Assembly (NCBI GenBank): GCA_020891255.1
Contig: BQFW01000015.1
Coordinates: forward strand, 1,116,001-1,180,000
Reading direction: 5' to 3'
DNA: 64,000 bases
Source of the DNA: Entomortierella parvispora E1425
Lineage: Eukaryota; Fungi; Mortierellomycota
The position numbers were made by a program, and so were the translations under genes. A model generated the notes under the pieces. It did no database searches. It was not told the origin of the DNA and saw nothing but the letters and a program-made list of their open reading frames with translations. This document shows, piece after piece, positions 49,315 to 61,415 of the stretch. Within the stretch, counting starts at the first letter, position 1. The number at the start of each line of letters is the position of its first letter.

Positions 49315-49660
49315 GTTGATGTATGTTTGCTGCTGGGTGGGGGCGTAGCGAAGGATGATACAGAAATAAAATAAAAAATAAAAAAATAAAAAAAAAGAAA
49401 TCCAGCTGCGGCCAACTCTTCTTTTTGGAGATGCCCTCCATTGGGTGGCTTGTCCTCGTGGACTGCCGTGCCCTGCCTCTCCAGCTTAATGCATGCATCA
49501 ATTCACACCGCTCCCTTCGTGCTACAGACAATCGCCATCCCTTCACTTCTCATCAGCATACTCTTACTCTGCTTGTTCATTCTGCCCTCACCGCCTTCTT
49601 CCTCACACGTCTCATTGACCTTATTCCATTCCTCCAGAACTTTACATTTGTTTCGCAACC

Positions 49661-51062
49661 ATGGATCTGATTGAAGCCACACTTGTCAAGAAGCGATCAG
49701 CAATAGAAACGGCCACAGGAGGCGCCAAAAAGAAATATATCCGTCGAGGTGACCTGGAGAAACAGCGGCAGCAAGAATACTTTGAGGAGCAAGAGCGAGA
49801 GCGCAAGGAAAAAGAGGTAACACCCTCTTTTCTCTCTCTTCCACCTATTCTTCCTACTCGTCGACATTTAGAAAAAAAACAAGAAAGATAGTTGGGTATA
49901 CCTCTTCTAACCCCTAATTCACTGTCTTTGTCTTTCAGGAAAAGGAACGACTCCGGGAACAGGAACTGGCTGCTCAGCGACAAAAATCCAAAGATGCTGC
50001 TGCCGCCAAGGCAGCAGCGGCAGCTGCAGAAAGATCTGCGACTCCTACAACAGACGCCAATACCGGCTCTCCCGCTACAAAGGTCGAAGGCGAAGGCGAG
50101 GATGTAGCAGAGACAGGAACATGGAACATTTCCCCTGAGGAGGTCGTTCGACGTTTGCGTGCAAGGGGTCACCCTATCCGATTGTTTGCAGAGACGGATA
50201 AGGAACGAAAGATTCGTCTCCGTGCCCTGGAGTTGGTCGAGGACCGATCCGAGGGTCAGAGAAACGATTTCATGAGGGCGTTGGAGAATGCAGAGACAGG
50301 ACTGCACATGGAGGCTCTTGGCCGTCAAGAAGAGGAAAAGAAGAAAAAGAACAAGGAAGATCCCACCAAGAATGTGGTAAGTTTTTTTTTTTTTGTTCTC
50401 TGCTTCCATGGCCAGCGTTGTGGAAAAAAATCCTCTAAACGACTCTTTCTCGTTATAACCACTAGGACACGAGCGAGATCTCAGTAGAACTCTTTCAAAA
50501 GGATCAGGACAAGCTCTATGTGCTTATTTATACCTACTTTAAGCGCCTGCTTCGTGAATGGGAGCGGGATCTGGATCAACGACCAGACGAATTGAAGCGA
50601 AGCACAGCAGGAAAATTGGCCACGGCTACACAGGCACAGAGCGCAGAGTACTTGAAGCCATTCTTCAAGTCATTAAGACACAAGGCTCTGGAGCAGGATG
50701 TCTTGATGCGCATCACCGAGATTGCTCAGTTGATGATTAAACGTGAACATATGGCTGCCAACGACGCTTACCTAAAGCTCTCCATCGGAAACGCACCTTG
50801 GCCCATTGGAGTTACCATGGTTGGGTAAGTTTTCGTTGGACTTTTCAGCTCTTTGACGTGTAAAGCTCAGACGAAATGTTGACTAACAATGAACTTCTTG
50901 CCTGATCTCCTCGGATGAAATAGTATTCACGAACGTTCCGGACGTGAGAAGATTTTTTCTGCACAGGTGGCTCACGTGTTGAACGACGAGACGTCGCGGA
51001 AATGGATTCAGAGCATCAAGCGTATCATGACCTTTGCTGAAAAGAAATATCCCCGACTTTAG
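49661..51062 (+). CDS. PRP18: Pre-mRNA splicing factor 18, 4 exons
   Basis: [13 protein letters not shown]4-like [34 protein letters not shown]|[10 protein letters not shown] and [18 protein letters not shown]. Confidence 0.97.
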
Positions 51063-51126
51063 TTGCGAAATAAAACTGGAAACAAGTCATCAGAACTAGA
51101 AAGAGGAAAAAAAAATGTTTATATAT

Positions 51127-54100
51127 CTATCCACGAACGCCCAACTGTTGACTAAAGACGTGACGCTGAACACCCAACCAAGAGGTGGGGGCCGCACGGC
51201 GATGCTGGGTCATGACATTTTCCCGAAGACCCTTGTTGAGTTGATCGTGCCATGCCGAGGAGATCAACTGCTGCTCTCTTCGAACCTGGACTTGCATGTC
51301 GCGCAGTTGGCGCTTCAATGACTCGACCTCCTCCTCCTTCGAAGCCAATTCACTCTTGAGAGACACCACAGCCTCACCGTATCCCTCGCTGGATGGCGCA
51401 GAGTTGGACTCCTTGAGCTTCGTGTCCTGAAGCTTAATGAACTATTTACAGGGAAGTGAAGGTCAGCCATGAGAAAATAGATTCAAACACATTTTGACAA
51501 ATATACAACATGAACACAAAGACACAAATTTGAATTTGAGCTTACATCTTTGGCGCGCTGCAATTTGGTGCTGTACTCGTTCGCCTGGGAGGTCATCTGC
51601 TCCAATTGTTGCTCGAGATAGCGGTTCTTGGTCTCCAATTGCTCGCGGGTATGTGTGGCCAGGGCTTCGCCAGACTGAGCACGCTCCTGCTGAAGCATCC
51701 GGTCGCGCTGCTCCAGCTCCAGCTTCGAAAGTCCATCCTTCTCTGTGAGGACGCGATTCAACTGGGCAAGATATTGCCTGTTCTCCTCCTCGAGTGATTG
51801 AGCCTTTTGCTGAAGCTTGGCATGCTCCTCCTGAAGGGCTGTCAACTCCTTGCTATTGTTCAGCTTCCATTCGCCAAGAGCACCCAGACGTTCGCCTCCG
51901 ACCATGTGCACTATGTCAAAAATACAACAAAGAGATATGTTAGTGCTGGGATCATCTGTCGCTTTTGGTTCGTGAATAATAATAATAAAAAGGTGGTAAA
52001 CGTTACAGTCTGACTGGACGACGACAAGCTCCCTCTTGGCCTGCTCCAGGTTGATCTCCATCTCAGCCAATGACTTTCGGGTATCGGAGAGCTCCTTCTC
52101 GCAGGCATTCAATGAAGAACGAAGTGAAAACGCCACCTCGCTCTCGTCGCCTCGACCGCTTCGGATACGGTCGAGTTCTCCTTGAAGGACAATCTTGGCT
52201 TGGTGCTCCTCCAGATACTCCTGCTCAAACTTTGCCTTGAGACGATTTGCATCGTCCAAAAGATGCTGCAGTACTGTCAGTCTGGATCCTCCTTCGTCCT
52301 GCTTCTCTTCCTTCAGGTTCTGGAGCTCGCGCTCAAGACGAGAGATCTTGAGCTTGAGTTCTGTAGAGTATGAAGTCTGCTGACCCATCAGCATACCTTC
52401 CATGTCATCCGTCTCCATATCCTGCAAGTCGTTGGAAAGAGGCACGCCCTGACCACCTGAAAACTCGAGCTCGCGGACCTTATCCTCGAGCATTGAAATT
52501 TGCTCCGCATCTCTCATACGACTGGCTTCCACCTCTTCAAGCTTCTGGTATTGTTGTTGCGCCTCGTACTCGATCTTGTTTTTGTCCTTGGCAAGAGTAC
52601 TGTTCTTGGTCTCCAGGGCCAGGATTTGGTCCTTGTAAGACTCCATGAGGGACTTGAAAGCCAACACCTTGCGGTATTCCTCCTCAATTTCTCTGTTGCG
52701 CTCCACGAGCTCCTGGTTCTGGTCTTCAATCACCTTGATCTGTCGACGAAGGTCTGCTCCCTCTTCCAGTTTTTTCTTGTACTTTTCAATCACATTCTCG
52801 GTCTTTTGAAGCTTTTCGATCGCGTGCTTGTACTCGTCCAATTTGTCCTTTAGGCGAATGGCGTCTTCTGCCTTGGCAGCCAAGTCCGCTTCCTATTCGC
52901 AAAAAAAATCAAACGAGTCTCTGTAAGTCGCCGCCCTTGATATCTGGGGAAATACGCATCCTTTGAACAATATAAAATTCACTTACAGATCTGGACAAGT
53001 CTGCGATCGCCTTCATCTGGTTGTTGATAATTGTCTCTTGTTCATGACGGCGATCCTCACTCTTTTGCCTACGAAGAAGAGAGTGGGGGATTCCGGTCAG
53101 CGATGTTTCGTCAATCGATGCTCTCGTATTGGGGTTGTATCGCAATCCGATTACTATAACCCTTCTTCTTCACTTACAAGTCAGACCGCAAAAGATCAAT
53201 CTCAGTCTTCATCAAAAAGTCGGATTTTCCGCTCTGGGAGGCATAGGCTGAGGCCTTTTCCAGATCACGTATCCTTTGCCTCAACTCCTCCTTTTCAGTC
53301 AACAACTCATCCTAAAATAGAAAAAAGAGGCACATTGAATAGGTATTCATTGAAGAGTGATCCATAGAATTTCTTCAGCAAACAGCTCAAAACAACCCTT
53401 TCTTACGTATTTGTGATTCATCATCGTAAACTCATTCATCAGATTCTGGTTGCTGCGTTCAAGCTCATCGCGTTCCTGATGCAAATTGGCCAATTCCTGG
53501 TCCATGTTGATCTCCTCCCTATGAAAACACAGATATTAATATACGGCAATTAATATATGCAGTTGATGGCAATCAGCCCAAACTCTTTCCAATAGTATCC
53601 ACCAACATACATGTCAGAATCCCTGCTCGAATCGCTGTTGAGCGCTTGAATAATCTAAGGAAAATAACCAGAAATGTGTCCATGATGAGTATACACACTT
53701 CAGAAATATAAAATCCTTTCGTCCAAGTACTGTTTTGCGGTTTGTTGTAGAACAACTGTCCTCGGCGACTTTCTGTTCATTTCTTACCTGTTCCAACGAG
53801 ACCATGAGAGCATGCTGAGAAGACTCTGGCAGGGACTGGATCTTTTGAATATAGGGCTGATTCTTGTCACACTGGACCGCCACGACCATTACCAGCTCGC
53901 AGAGCTTGATCACTTCCAATGGCTCTGCATCCTTGGCGATCGCACTCAGATTGGGAGGGTCCAGCTTTGTCAAGTTCTGACCGAGCTTCTCTTCCAAGAA
54001 CCGGGTGACGAGCTTGTGCAGTTTCTTCAGGTTGTTGTACTTGTGCACCCAGTTGTCGCCCATGTCGGCCGACTTGATGGCCTTGAACCACTTGGGGTCA

Positions 54101-54506
54101 CTGGACGATTATTATGCGAGCATAAGAACATGTACAAAATAGAGCGAAAGGGGGAGAAGAAAAGGTCAGGAGGTGTCATGCCTTCTTGCTGGTGCTACGG
54201 ATAGCTCGAGAGGACGAAAGAGAGTAATAAAAAGGGTGACTAGACTTACATATCGGCGGCAATCTCAAAAAGAACAATGCCATCGGAGAGGTCAGAGATG
54301 TGTCTGCATGGCCGTGAAATGTCGCTAAACGTATTGACCTAGAGCAAGGGAAACAGGTAGGTTCCAAAAGGTCAGATGGCGAGTCCTCCTCGACGTGAAC
54401 TGTGTCACTGGTCCAACCATTGGTCCATCTCGCTTCCATTGGCACTCCTCGTCTTTTTTCTTACCCATTGCTGGAAGGCCAGGGCGAGAACGGCGGAAGG
54501 GTCCAT
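51127..54506 (-). CDS. HOOK: HOOK-family dynein/cargo adaptor (Hok1/HookA-like), multi-exon
   Basis: Spliced N-terminus FQQW|VNTF..SDLSDGIVLFEI..DNWVHKYNNLKKL..PNLSAIA..AVQCDKNQPYIQKIQSL is a Hook domain, followed by long coiled coils and C-terminal EQQLISSAW. Confidence 0.93.
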
Positions 54507-54867
54507 CGTGGGAGCAAGTCTTTCTTATTTCCCAGTTCCCGCGCTGGATTCAGTCGAGAGAGAGGAGCGAAGTGGCGATATAGCCAATGGAGATGGGTGT
54601 GAGGGTGAGGGACAGAAGTGGATTACTCCCTCGGGGATGAACAGAGAAAGAAAGAGAGAGTGACGCGGGCAACAGGAGAGATGGGAACGAAATGGACGAA
54701 CAATCGAACGAGCAAACGAGAGCAAAGAAAGGGGCGTGTGTGCCTGTGGTGTGTTCCTGTGTCAGGCGCGTCCATCGAAAATGCCCATGGTGGAGTAACT
54801 TAAGGGGTATACGTTTTATTTTTTAGTTTTTAGTTTTTATTGGGGATTTTCTCATGACGAGTCGTTC

Positions 54868-55806
54868 CTAGATCCTGGCGCGTGTTGGGTTCACAAGCCG
54901 GCGACCCGGTCCTGGCGCTGAAGCTACGGCCGGCACCGTCAATGTGGGGTCACCAATCTTCATCATGCCCTCGATGAGTGACATTCCCAACAGTCGGTAC
55001 TGCTCCCACTCGCCCGGGTACGCCTCCTTGTGTCCGTTCTTCTCCCACAGCACCGCAGGGACAATGGTCTTGCCCTTGGGGTGCTTCGCCACCATACGCG
55101 AGTACGCAATACAGCAGAGCTTGTCCGGTACCTCCGCCATTGCATCGTTGGGGTGGTTCCCAAAGTTGGGTCCAATCACGCTGGTGGCGGACATGCTCGA
55201 AGACAGAGCCGAGCTCTTGGCCTCAATTGGATCCACATCATCCTCGTCTTCTTCCTCCACAACCACATCCTCATCCCGAATTGGCTCCTTGGAATTCTCT
55301 CCGTCGCCGTTCAAGTTTTCCTGTCCTGCCAGGATGGCGCCCTGGATCATCTCGGCCGTCTTGCGCACAGGCCGGACCTTGCGCTTGATCGAGAACCGAT
55401 GCTGCATCCAAATCCACTTGTCATCCCAGGTAAAGATCCGACTGGTGATCGTGTACTTTGAGAACCGAGGCACCTCGGCTTTGAAAAAGAGCACGGTTTG
55501 GGCCAGTCGCATATCAAACTTGTTGCGGACCTGCCAGCCGGGGAAGAGGCGGGTGCAGAGATCGATACGGGCGAAATCCATCATCTTGTTGTACGAACTG
55601 TTGTTGAGGTGGATGTTGAGATCAAGATCGTCGAACCAGACCCGACTGTGGTACTTTGAGGCCTCGAGGAGGCCAATGCTTGGCTTTTTCAAGTGTCGGT
55701 TCTTGATGATGTAAGATAGAGAGCGGACTGTGTAAACGCCCGGCAGGGACTTGAAGTGCATCAGTGCCAAAAGCACGAGCAAGATCTTTGTTGTGTCGGA
55801 TGGCAT
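54868..55806 (-). CDS. HotDog-fold thioesterase-like protein (THEM6/4HBT-like), single exon
   Basis: DLDLNIHLNNSSYNKMMDFAR and FKAEVPRFSKYTITSRIFTWDDKWIWMQHRF; hydrophobic N-terminal segment. Confidence 0.85.
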   Translation of the reverse strand: MPSDTTKILLVLLALMHFKSLPGVYTVRSLSYIIKNRHLKKPSIGLLEASKYHSRVWFDDLDLNIHLNNSSYNKMMDFARIDLCTRLFPGWQVRNKFDMRLAQTVLFFKAEVPRFSKYTITSRIFTWDDKWIWMQHRFSIKRKVRPVRKTAEMIQGAILAGQENLNGDGENSKEPIRDEDVVVEEEDEDDVDPIEAKSSALSSSMSATSVIGPNFGNHPNDAMAEVPDKLCCIAYSRMVAKHPKGKTIVPAVLWEKNGHKEAYPGEWEQYRLLGMSLIEGMMKIGDPTLTVPAVASAPGPGRRLVNPTRARI

Positions 55807-57108
55807 TCTTTTTTTTTTTTTGAGATGGGGATGAATGAAATGAGCGAGATGCCAATGGTTGGGTTAGTTGGAGTGAGAGGAACAGAGAGGAGAGGGGGAA
55901 GAAGAAGGGGAAGTGAGCAGGAGCTGAAGAAGGTTAAGCAAAGAAGAAGGACGCGGCTCGGAGAAACAGACAGCAATTGAGAACAGAGTGATGTGCTGCC
56001 AAGTTCATTTCCACGTGAGGGAGCTTTTCTTGTTTCGATCTCGTTTGCTTTGCTGGGGTGGGACAACGCCGCGCCACGAACCGAGCGAAGGGCTCAAGCC
56101 AGAGACGGAAAGAGCGAACTGTCCGTTTTCTTGGACAAGCACGTTGCAAACTGCAAAGTTGCAGCTGATGGTGCCTTCATGGGATCTCCATCTCTTAGGA
56201 ACTCACGGCTCTCAAACGACTCGCAAACCTCGAGAGTGGCATCTACATGTAGGTAACCACAAAATGAAATTAGTTTGTGAAAAATACAGTGCACCACATT
56301 GCCATTCTCGTTATCCAAGGACAACCTCGTCTTCACTTTCTATAGTCTACCTATCGCCAGGTTCAACATACTTTGAGAACACCTCCAGGAAATAACGCAG
56401 CGCCCGCTGGCTAAACAACCCCAGCACCTCCACCCAGAAACCTTTCGTGAGATGTAAACTGCGGAAACATTGAAAGCTTGGGATCTGATCACGACGACAT
56501 TGCTGGAAGAAATAATAGATCCTTTAACTTGATAGCCTGGGAGACTCGGAACAACTGAAGCACCGCGTCGGATATGAGGCTCTCTTGTTCACTCCTGGCC
56601 AGTACCCTACTTTCATCTGAAAATGTGTCGTTTGTGAGAATGGACATTATGCCTCATAGAGCTGTAGTAGAAAAATTCATCTTTTTAATGGAGGAAAGAC
56701 AAGATATGGCTAAACTCTTAAGACTAGCATTCTTCTTGGGGGCTCTCGTCAAAGATTAAGGCTGATTGCCTGTGTCACTACAGAAAAGATGCACAGTATT
56801 TGATTGCATTCATATCCAGGACATCAGGAAACGTCCATGTTCCTGAGTCAATTGAAAAGCCCACCAATACTGCTGAAGTCACTTTCCGCTCGGCAGAACC
56901 AGGAGACAGACAAGCTTCACAAATCTACTCACCGTTAACGAAGTAGACCACTATATGACAGAGAGTTTCTGCATGTTGCTATGCATATATCTAATAGAGA
57001 AGGTATATGGCACGCAAGAGAGCTCATTCCATGAAGAGGACCACAAACTGTCGTAGGTCACCCCCCGCGTCAAAGCTACTTAAATCTGTCCACAGCTAAA
57101 AAAAGCTA

Positions 57109-57553
57109 CTAAATTACAACAGTGTTTCTGCTTGCCATGCATATCGAATTGCTTTGTGTCTTGAAGCAAACACGAAAGGAATCAGTGATAGGCTTTAGGT
57201 CTCCATCTGATGGAATGGGAACAGAGATCAAGAAGGATGAGATCAAAAGGCATTTAGGGAAGTGCTTCTTCAGAAAAGTCTGGTCAAAGATAAAGCCGAT
57301 TGCCACTTCAGCTTCATCGACCCGCTGTATGCTGGGCTACAGAGCCAGTTTTCTGCGCAGATAATTTCGCGTTAAGTCGAAGGAGATGCTTGGACCAGAA
57401 TTGGTCTTCATAGTGCTCTTTGAAGTGATCGTATGACTTCGGCAGTCTTTTCCGATGCCTGTACTCAATTTGAGTGGATTCCAAAAGTTTTTGGAAGTGC
57501 TCCGACGCTGACTCTCAGTCACCGAATTCAAACAGTTTGATTATGTTTGACAT
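57109..57553 (-). pseudogene. Decayed coding relic, possibly a Ty3/gypsy-type Gag fragment
   Basis: Frame MSNIIKLFEFGD*ESASEHFQKLL..SYDHFKEHYEDQFWSKHLLRLNAKLSAQKTGSVAQH is broken by a TGA, then frameshifts into VDEAEVAIGFIF. The pattern resembles the retrotransposon Gag core. No LTRs or pol seen. Confidence 0.35.
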
Positions 57554-57981
57554 ATAAACGAGCTCCGGACCTCTTGAGTGCCATACTATTAATTTTGTCA
57601 AGACAAAGGAATATTAGCGTTAGGTAGCAGAAAGCCATTCGGCATCCTTTAGAGTCACGGTGGAAGAACACTAAATGACAGGATACCATGCACGGGATAT
57701 GGAGTAGAGAAACAGAGTACGCGAAACAACTACTGTAATATAAACGTTCCACAGCGTGAAGATGGGCAAATGGTGGTGGATGGAGAAACGCGCTGAAATG
57801 GTTCATAGGCACTTTTTTTTGCGCGGAAATAAAGGCCGAATGATAGTGACGTAAATACGGCATGGATTTACGGCTCACTGCCCAACCTCTCACTGTTCGC
57901 AAGTTGTCACTTCTCTTGCCCCCATCCCATCCATTTCCAACTCTTGTTAACCCCATCTCCTAATCAAGTTTTCAACCCACC

Positions 57982-58272
57982 ATGAGCACATCCCTTGACG
58001 CCGCCAACCCCACAGCCCAGAGCGATCCCGCCGCTGTCGAGTCCGAAAAGGCTATGCTCACCCAGTTCACGAGACCCAACACCACATATCTGGTCGAGCC
58101 CCTCGGGACCAACAAGGGCATCTGCAGAGTCGAGCCCAACGGTCAAAAGACCTGTGTCAAGTTTATGGCGCTGGAAGCCAAGCAAATGTTCACCTTTATG
58201 CAGGACCAGGGCTTCTTCTGCACCATGAGTCTCGATCCCAAGGAAACCGCTCTCGAGTGCAGACGCGTATAA
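57982..58272 (+). CDS. Small intronless protein of unknown function (96 aa)
   Basis: ACCATG start context, strong C/G-ending codon bias like RPL7 and ARF1, protein-like composition, sits alone in an intergenic gap. Confidence 0.8.
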   Translation: MSTSLDAANPTAQSDPAAVESEKAMLTQFTRPNTTYLVEPLGTNKGICRVEPNGQKTCVKFMALEAKQMFTFMQDQGFFCTMSLDPKETALECRRV

Positions 58273-59022
58273 GAGGCACCCTCTTTTCAAGCAACAACGA
58301 CCCAGCAACTGAAAGGACGAGGAGAAGGAGCGCGACGACGATAGCAACAACGAATAAGCACCTCAGGGACGATCACTCCTTCCGGGGGGGTCTGGCAGTA
58401 GAATAAGAAGAGAAAGATACACGTCCACAAGTTCAGATTAAGGCGCAGTGCGCCGAGATCAAGGAGGAAGGAACTCTAGCAGAAGAAAAAAATAACCAAA
58501 AAGAAATATCATCATCGGGAATCTGTACATACATCGAGGACATACCAGCGACACCGTCTGCTCTTTCTTTGCTTTCCTTTGTTGCTCCCTGTCCTTCTCG
58601 GAGGATGGATCAGACTCGCAAAGAAGGAAAAGTTGATTCTTAGAGGCATTCATCGCGTATTGCCTTTCCATAGACTTTTATTTCTCTTATTCTCATCCCA
58701 CAATAATACTCATATTTACTCAATCCATCCACCTCATTGCGGTCATATTCAGGAACAACACTGAAGGTAGAACAGAGACCCTGGTGCTGTTTCCGGGTCT
58801 CAATTGATGCCGATGCACCGTCATTTTTTTTTCTTTAGATTGCGTTAGAATCATTTTAGTCAAACTCCGAAAGGATAGATCGCCGTCATCAAAGAAAACC
58901 TTCAATTGAATACAGTAATGTCATTTTCTACAGTGGTTCATGATATTTATTCATCGTATATGATCTACAATATTGTATCCGCTTTTTGTGGTTTCGGTCA
59001 CCTTCTTGGACTTAATTATCGT

Positions 59023-61415
59023 CTATTCGTCGTCGTCCGAGTCCTCCTCATCACTGGCGTTCTTGAGCCAGTGGATGAAAGGCTCCATCTGCTTCATAAA
59101 GACAGTGCGTCCCTGGGTCTTAGAACCCTTCTCGGCCCAGTACAGGATCGCGCTCTCGGACAAGACATCGTTCTTGTACAAAAGCTGAGTCACAGCACGG
59201 TACTGCTTGATGAAACGGGCATCCTCGTAAAAGTTGACCTGGATGGTCTGCATCAAGGCAATCTCGGTCTTGGGGGAGGTGCAGAAAGCGCCCAACAACT
59301 TGCTGTATTGCTGAACCTGCTTCAAGATCTGGTTATCGATCTGATCCACACGGGTACCCCAGTCCACAGATGCCATCATGCCGGTCCACACCAAGGGGAT
59401 AAAGTCGGGCTCGCTGAGGCCACTCTCTTTGATCTGAGCCTTGAGGAAAACCAAGCACTGCGAAGCAAATAAAAAGAAGGGGGGATATCAGGATCTGATG
59501 TCCAGAAGGGCACGGTAGTCCACATGATCAAAAACAATGGTATACACTTACGTCGGGGATTCTGCCCTCCTCCAAGAGGGAGCGAACATTCTCGACGATG
59601 CTCTCCTTGCGCAAGATAAGCTGCTTCTTGTTCTGGAAGACAACCAATTGCTTCATATCCTCGGCCTCGAAATGACGAGCGAAGCTGTCCTCATCGCGCT
59701 TGTTGGGAGGGAAGAAATCCAAAAGACGGTCGCTCATGCCAGCCTTGTGCAAGTTGAGTCCAAACTGGTCAACAGACTGATCCATCAAGTAGGTCTTGAA
59801 AACAGTGGTAACGAACTGAAGAGAAAGTCCTATAATCAAGAGTGGACAATACGAGTGTTAGTTCAACGGTTTTCCTATTTTGTCGATCACAGGCTCATCC
59901 TTGTAAAAGTTTGTGGGCTTGCTTACCCTCCTTGACGAGATGCTCCTTGAACAAGACGTTAAGAACGGTCAAAGTGGCCAATCCAGAGGAGCAGAAAAGA
60001 CCAGTGGCCATAGCCAACTTGTTGGTATCCTCAGGAGTGAACTTGTTGATATATTGGAGCAAGTTCATCAGGGTATCCTCGAAACCACGCTGCAAGTACT
60101 TGTAGCGGCGCATGAGCTTGTGGAAAACATCGACGTGCTTCTTGATGCTGGCGAGGTCATCCTCGGCCTGGAAGATGCTGAAAGGACTGGCGGGGGTTCC
60201 ATCCTCGAGGAAGGTACCACCGGGAGCTAATCGGCCCATAATGAAATCGCGGAAAATAAGGTCAGTTAAACCAGCCTTTCTTTCCATCGTCCCTGGTAGA
60301 TCCCTCCAATCAATCCGCTGCTGTTGTTGTTTCCACTGTCCATTGAAAGTCAAAGCCCTTACCGAGAAGACGACCAGCAATCAGAATTTCAAAGAGGGTC
60401 TCGGCGTAGCGTCTGTATTCAAGAGTGTTGCCAGCGGCATCCAGCTTTGCAGAGACCTCCTCAAGGTTACCAGGGGTAGCAGCAGAAAGGACGCTAATGA
60501 AAGCGTCACGGAAAACTACAATGAAAAAGCGAAACAGATTTCAGTGCTATGATCGCATAGTGCAAGAAACGGGGGGGAAAGTCCGACGAGTCTATCCTCA
60601 AGGAGATCTTCACGGTGCAGCACCAGCAAAGGGATCACTCACCAGTGGGTTCAAACTTGGCAGTGGCCTTTTGAACACCCTACAATCAGCCGTACATCAA
60701 AAGAATATATGTTAAGATGTGATTCAATGGGGAAGTCTAAATCTAGCAATCTTCATCTACATTTTTTTTCCAATGGTTTGTGCTGTACCTTGCGAGGTCT
60801 GATTTTGACACCTTGAAGGACGGGCTGCAGTAGGTTGAAAGATGAGGCAAAGAGGGCGTGTCAATGTACGTTGCGGGAATATCTCCGATGCTCAGTGGAT
60901 AGATCAATGTAGATCTGTCCTCTTGGTCGCCGCTGTGGACGTGTCCATCACACATCCTGGTGAGCACACGAGCACTCCTTCTCCTGCTTGTCCTACGTAA
61001 AAGGATCACTCCAACTGTCCAGACAGTCCCTTGGGAATGGTGGATGTTGAATCAAAGGAGGTCCAAGCGCTGGACAACCGAAAGCCAAAACAGAAGATGT
61101 CACGCGTGGGAGTGTATGGATGGAGATCCCGCCTGTTCTTTTTGCATCCTGCTCCTTGATTGCACAAAAAAGTCAATCCTCGGGCAAATGTTGTGTTGAC
61201 AAGGAGGCAAACTGAAGACCAGGTAATGGTGGCTGCGTCGCATCCTGCGGCATTGTACATTTTTCGAGATGTCTTTTTGCCAATAGTTGCTGGACTCCAA
61301 AGTAGATCTTGAAAACAATGAAGAAAAAGCTTTTTTTTTGCTTCTATTCCTCGAGTCGAGCGGGCGATGACGTTGGACAAAGGGGTTTTACCTTGACGTT
61401 GGCTGCGCTACTCAT
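59023..61415 (-). CDS. BZW: eIF5-mimic protein (BZW/5MP; MA3-like plus W2 HEAT domains), about 7 exons
   Basis: Spliced N-terminus MSSAANVK|PVLQGVKIRPRK|GVQKATAKFEPT|VFRD..LEYRRYAETLFEILIAGRLL|APGG. Also KLMRRYKYLQRGFE, LFKEHLVKEG, RLLDFFPPNKR and W2 end LLYKNDVLSESAILYW..FIHWLKNASDEE. Confidence 0.95.
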
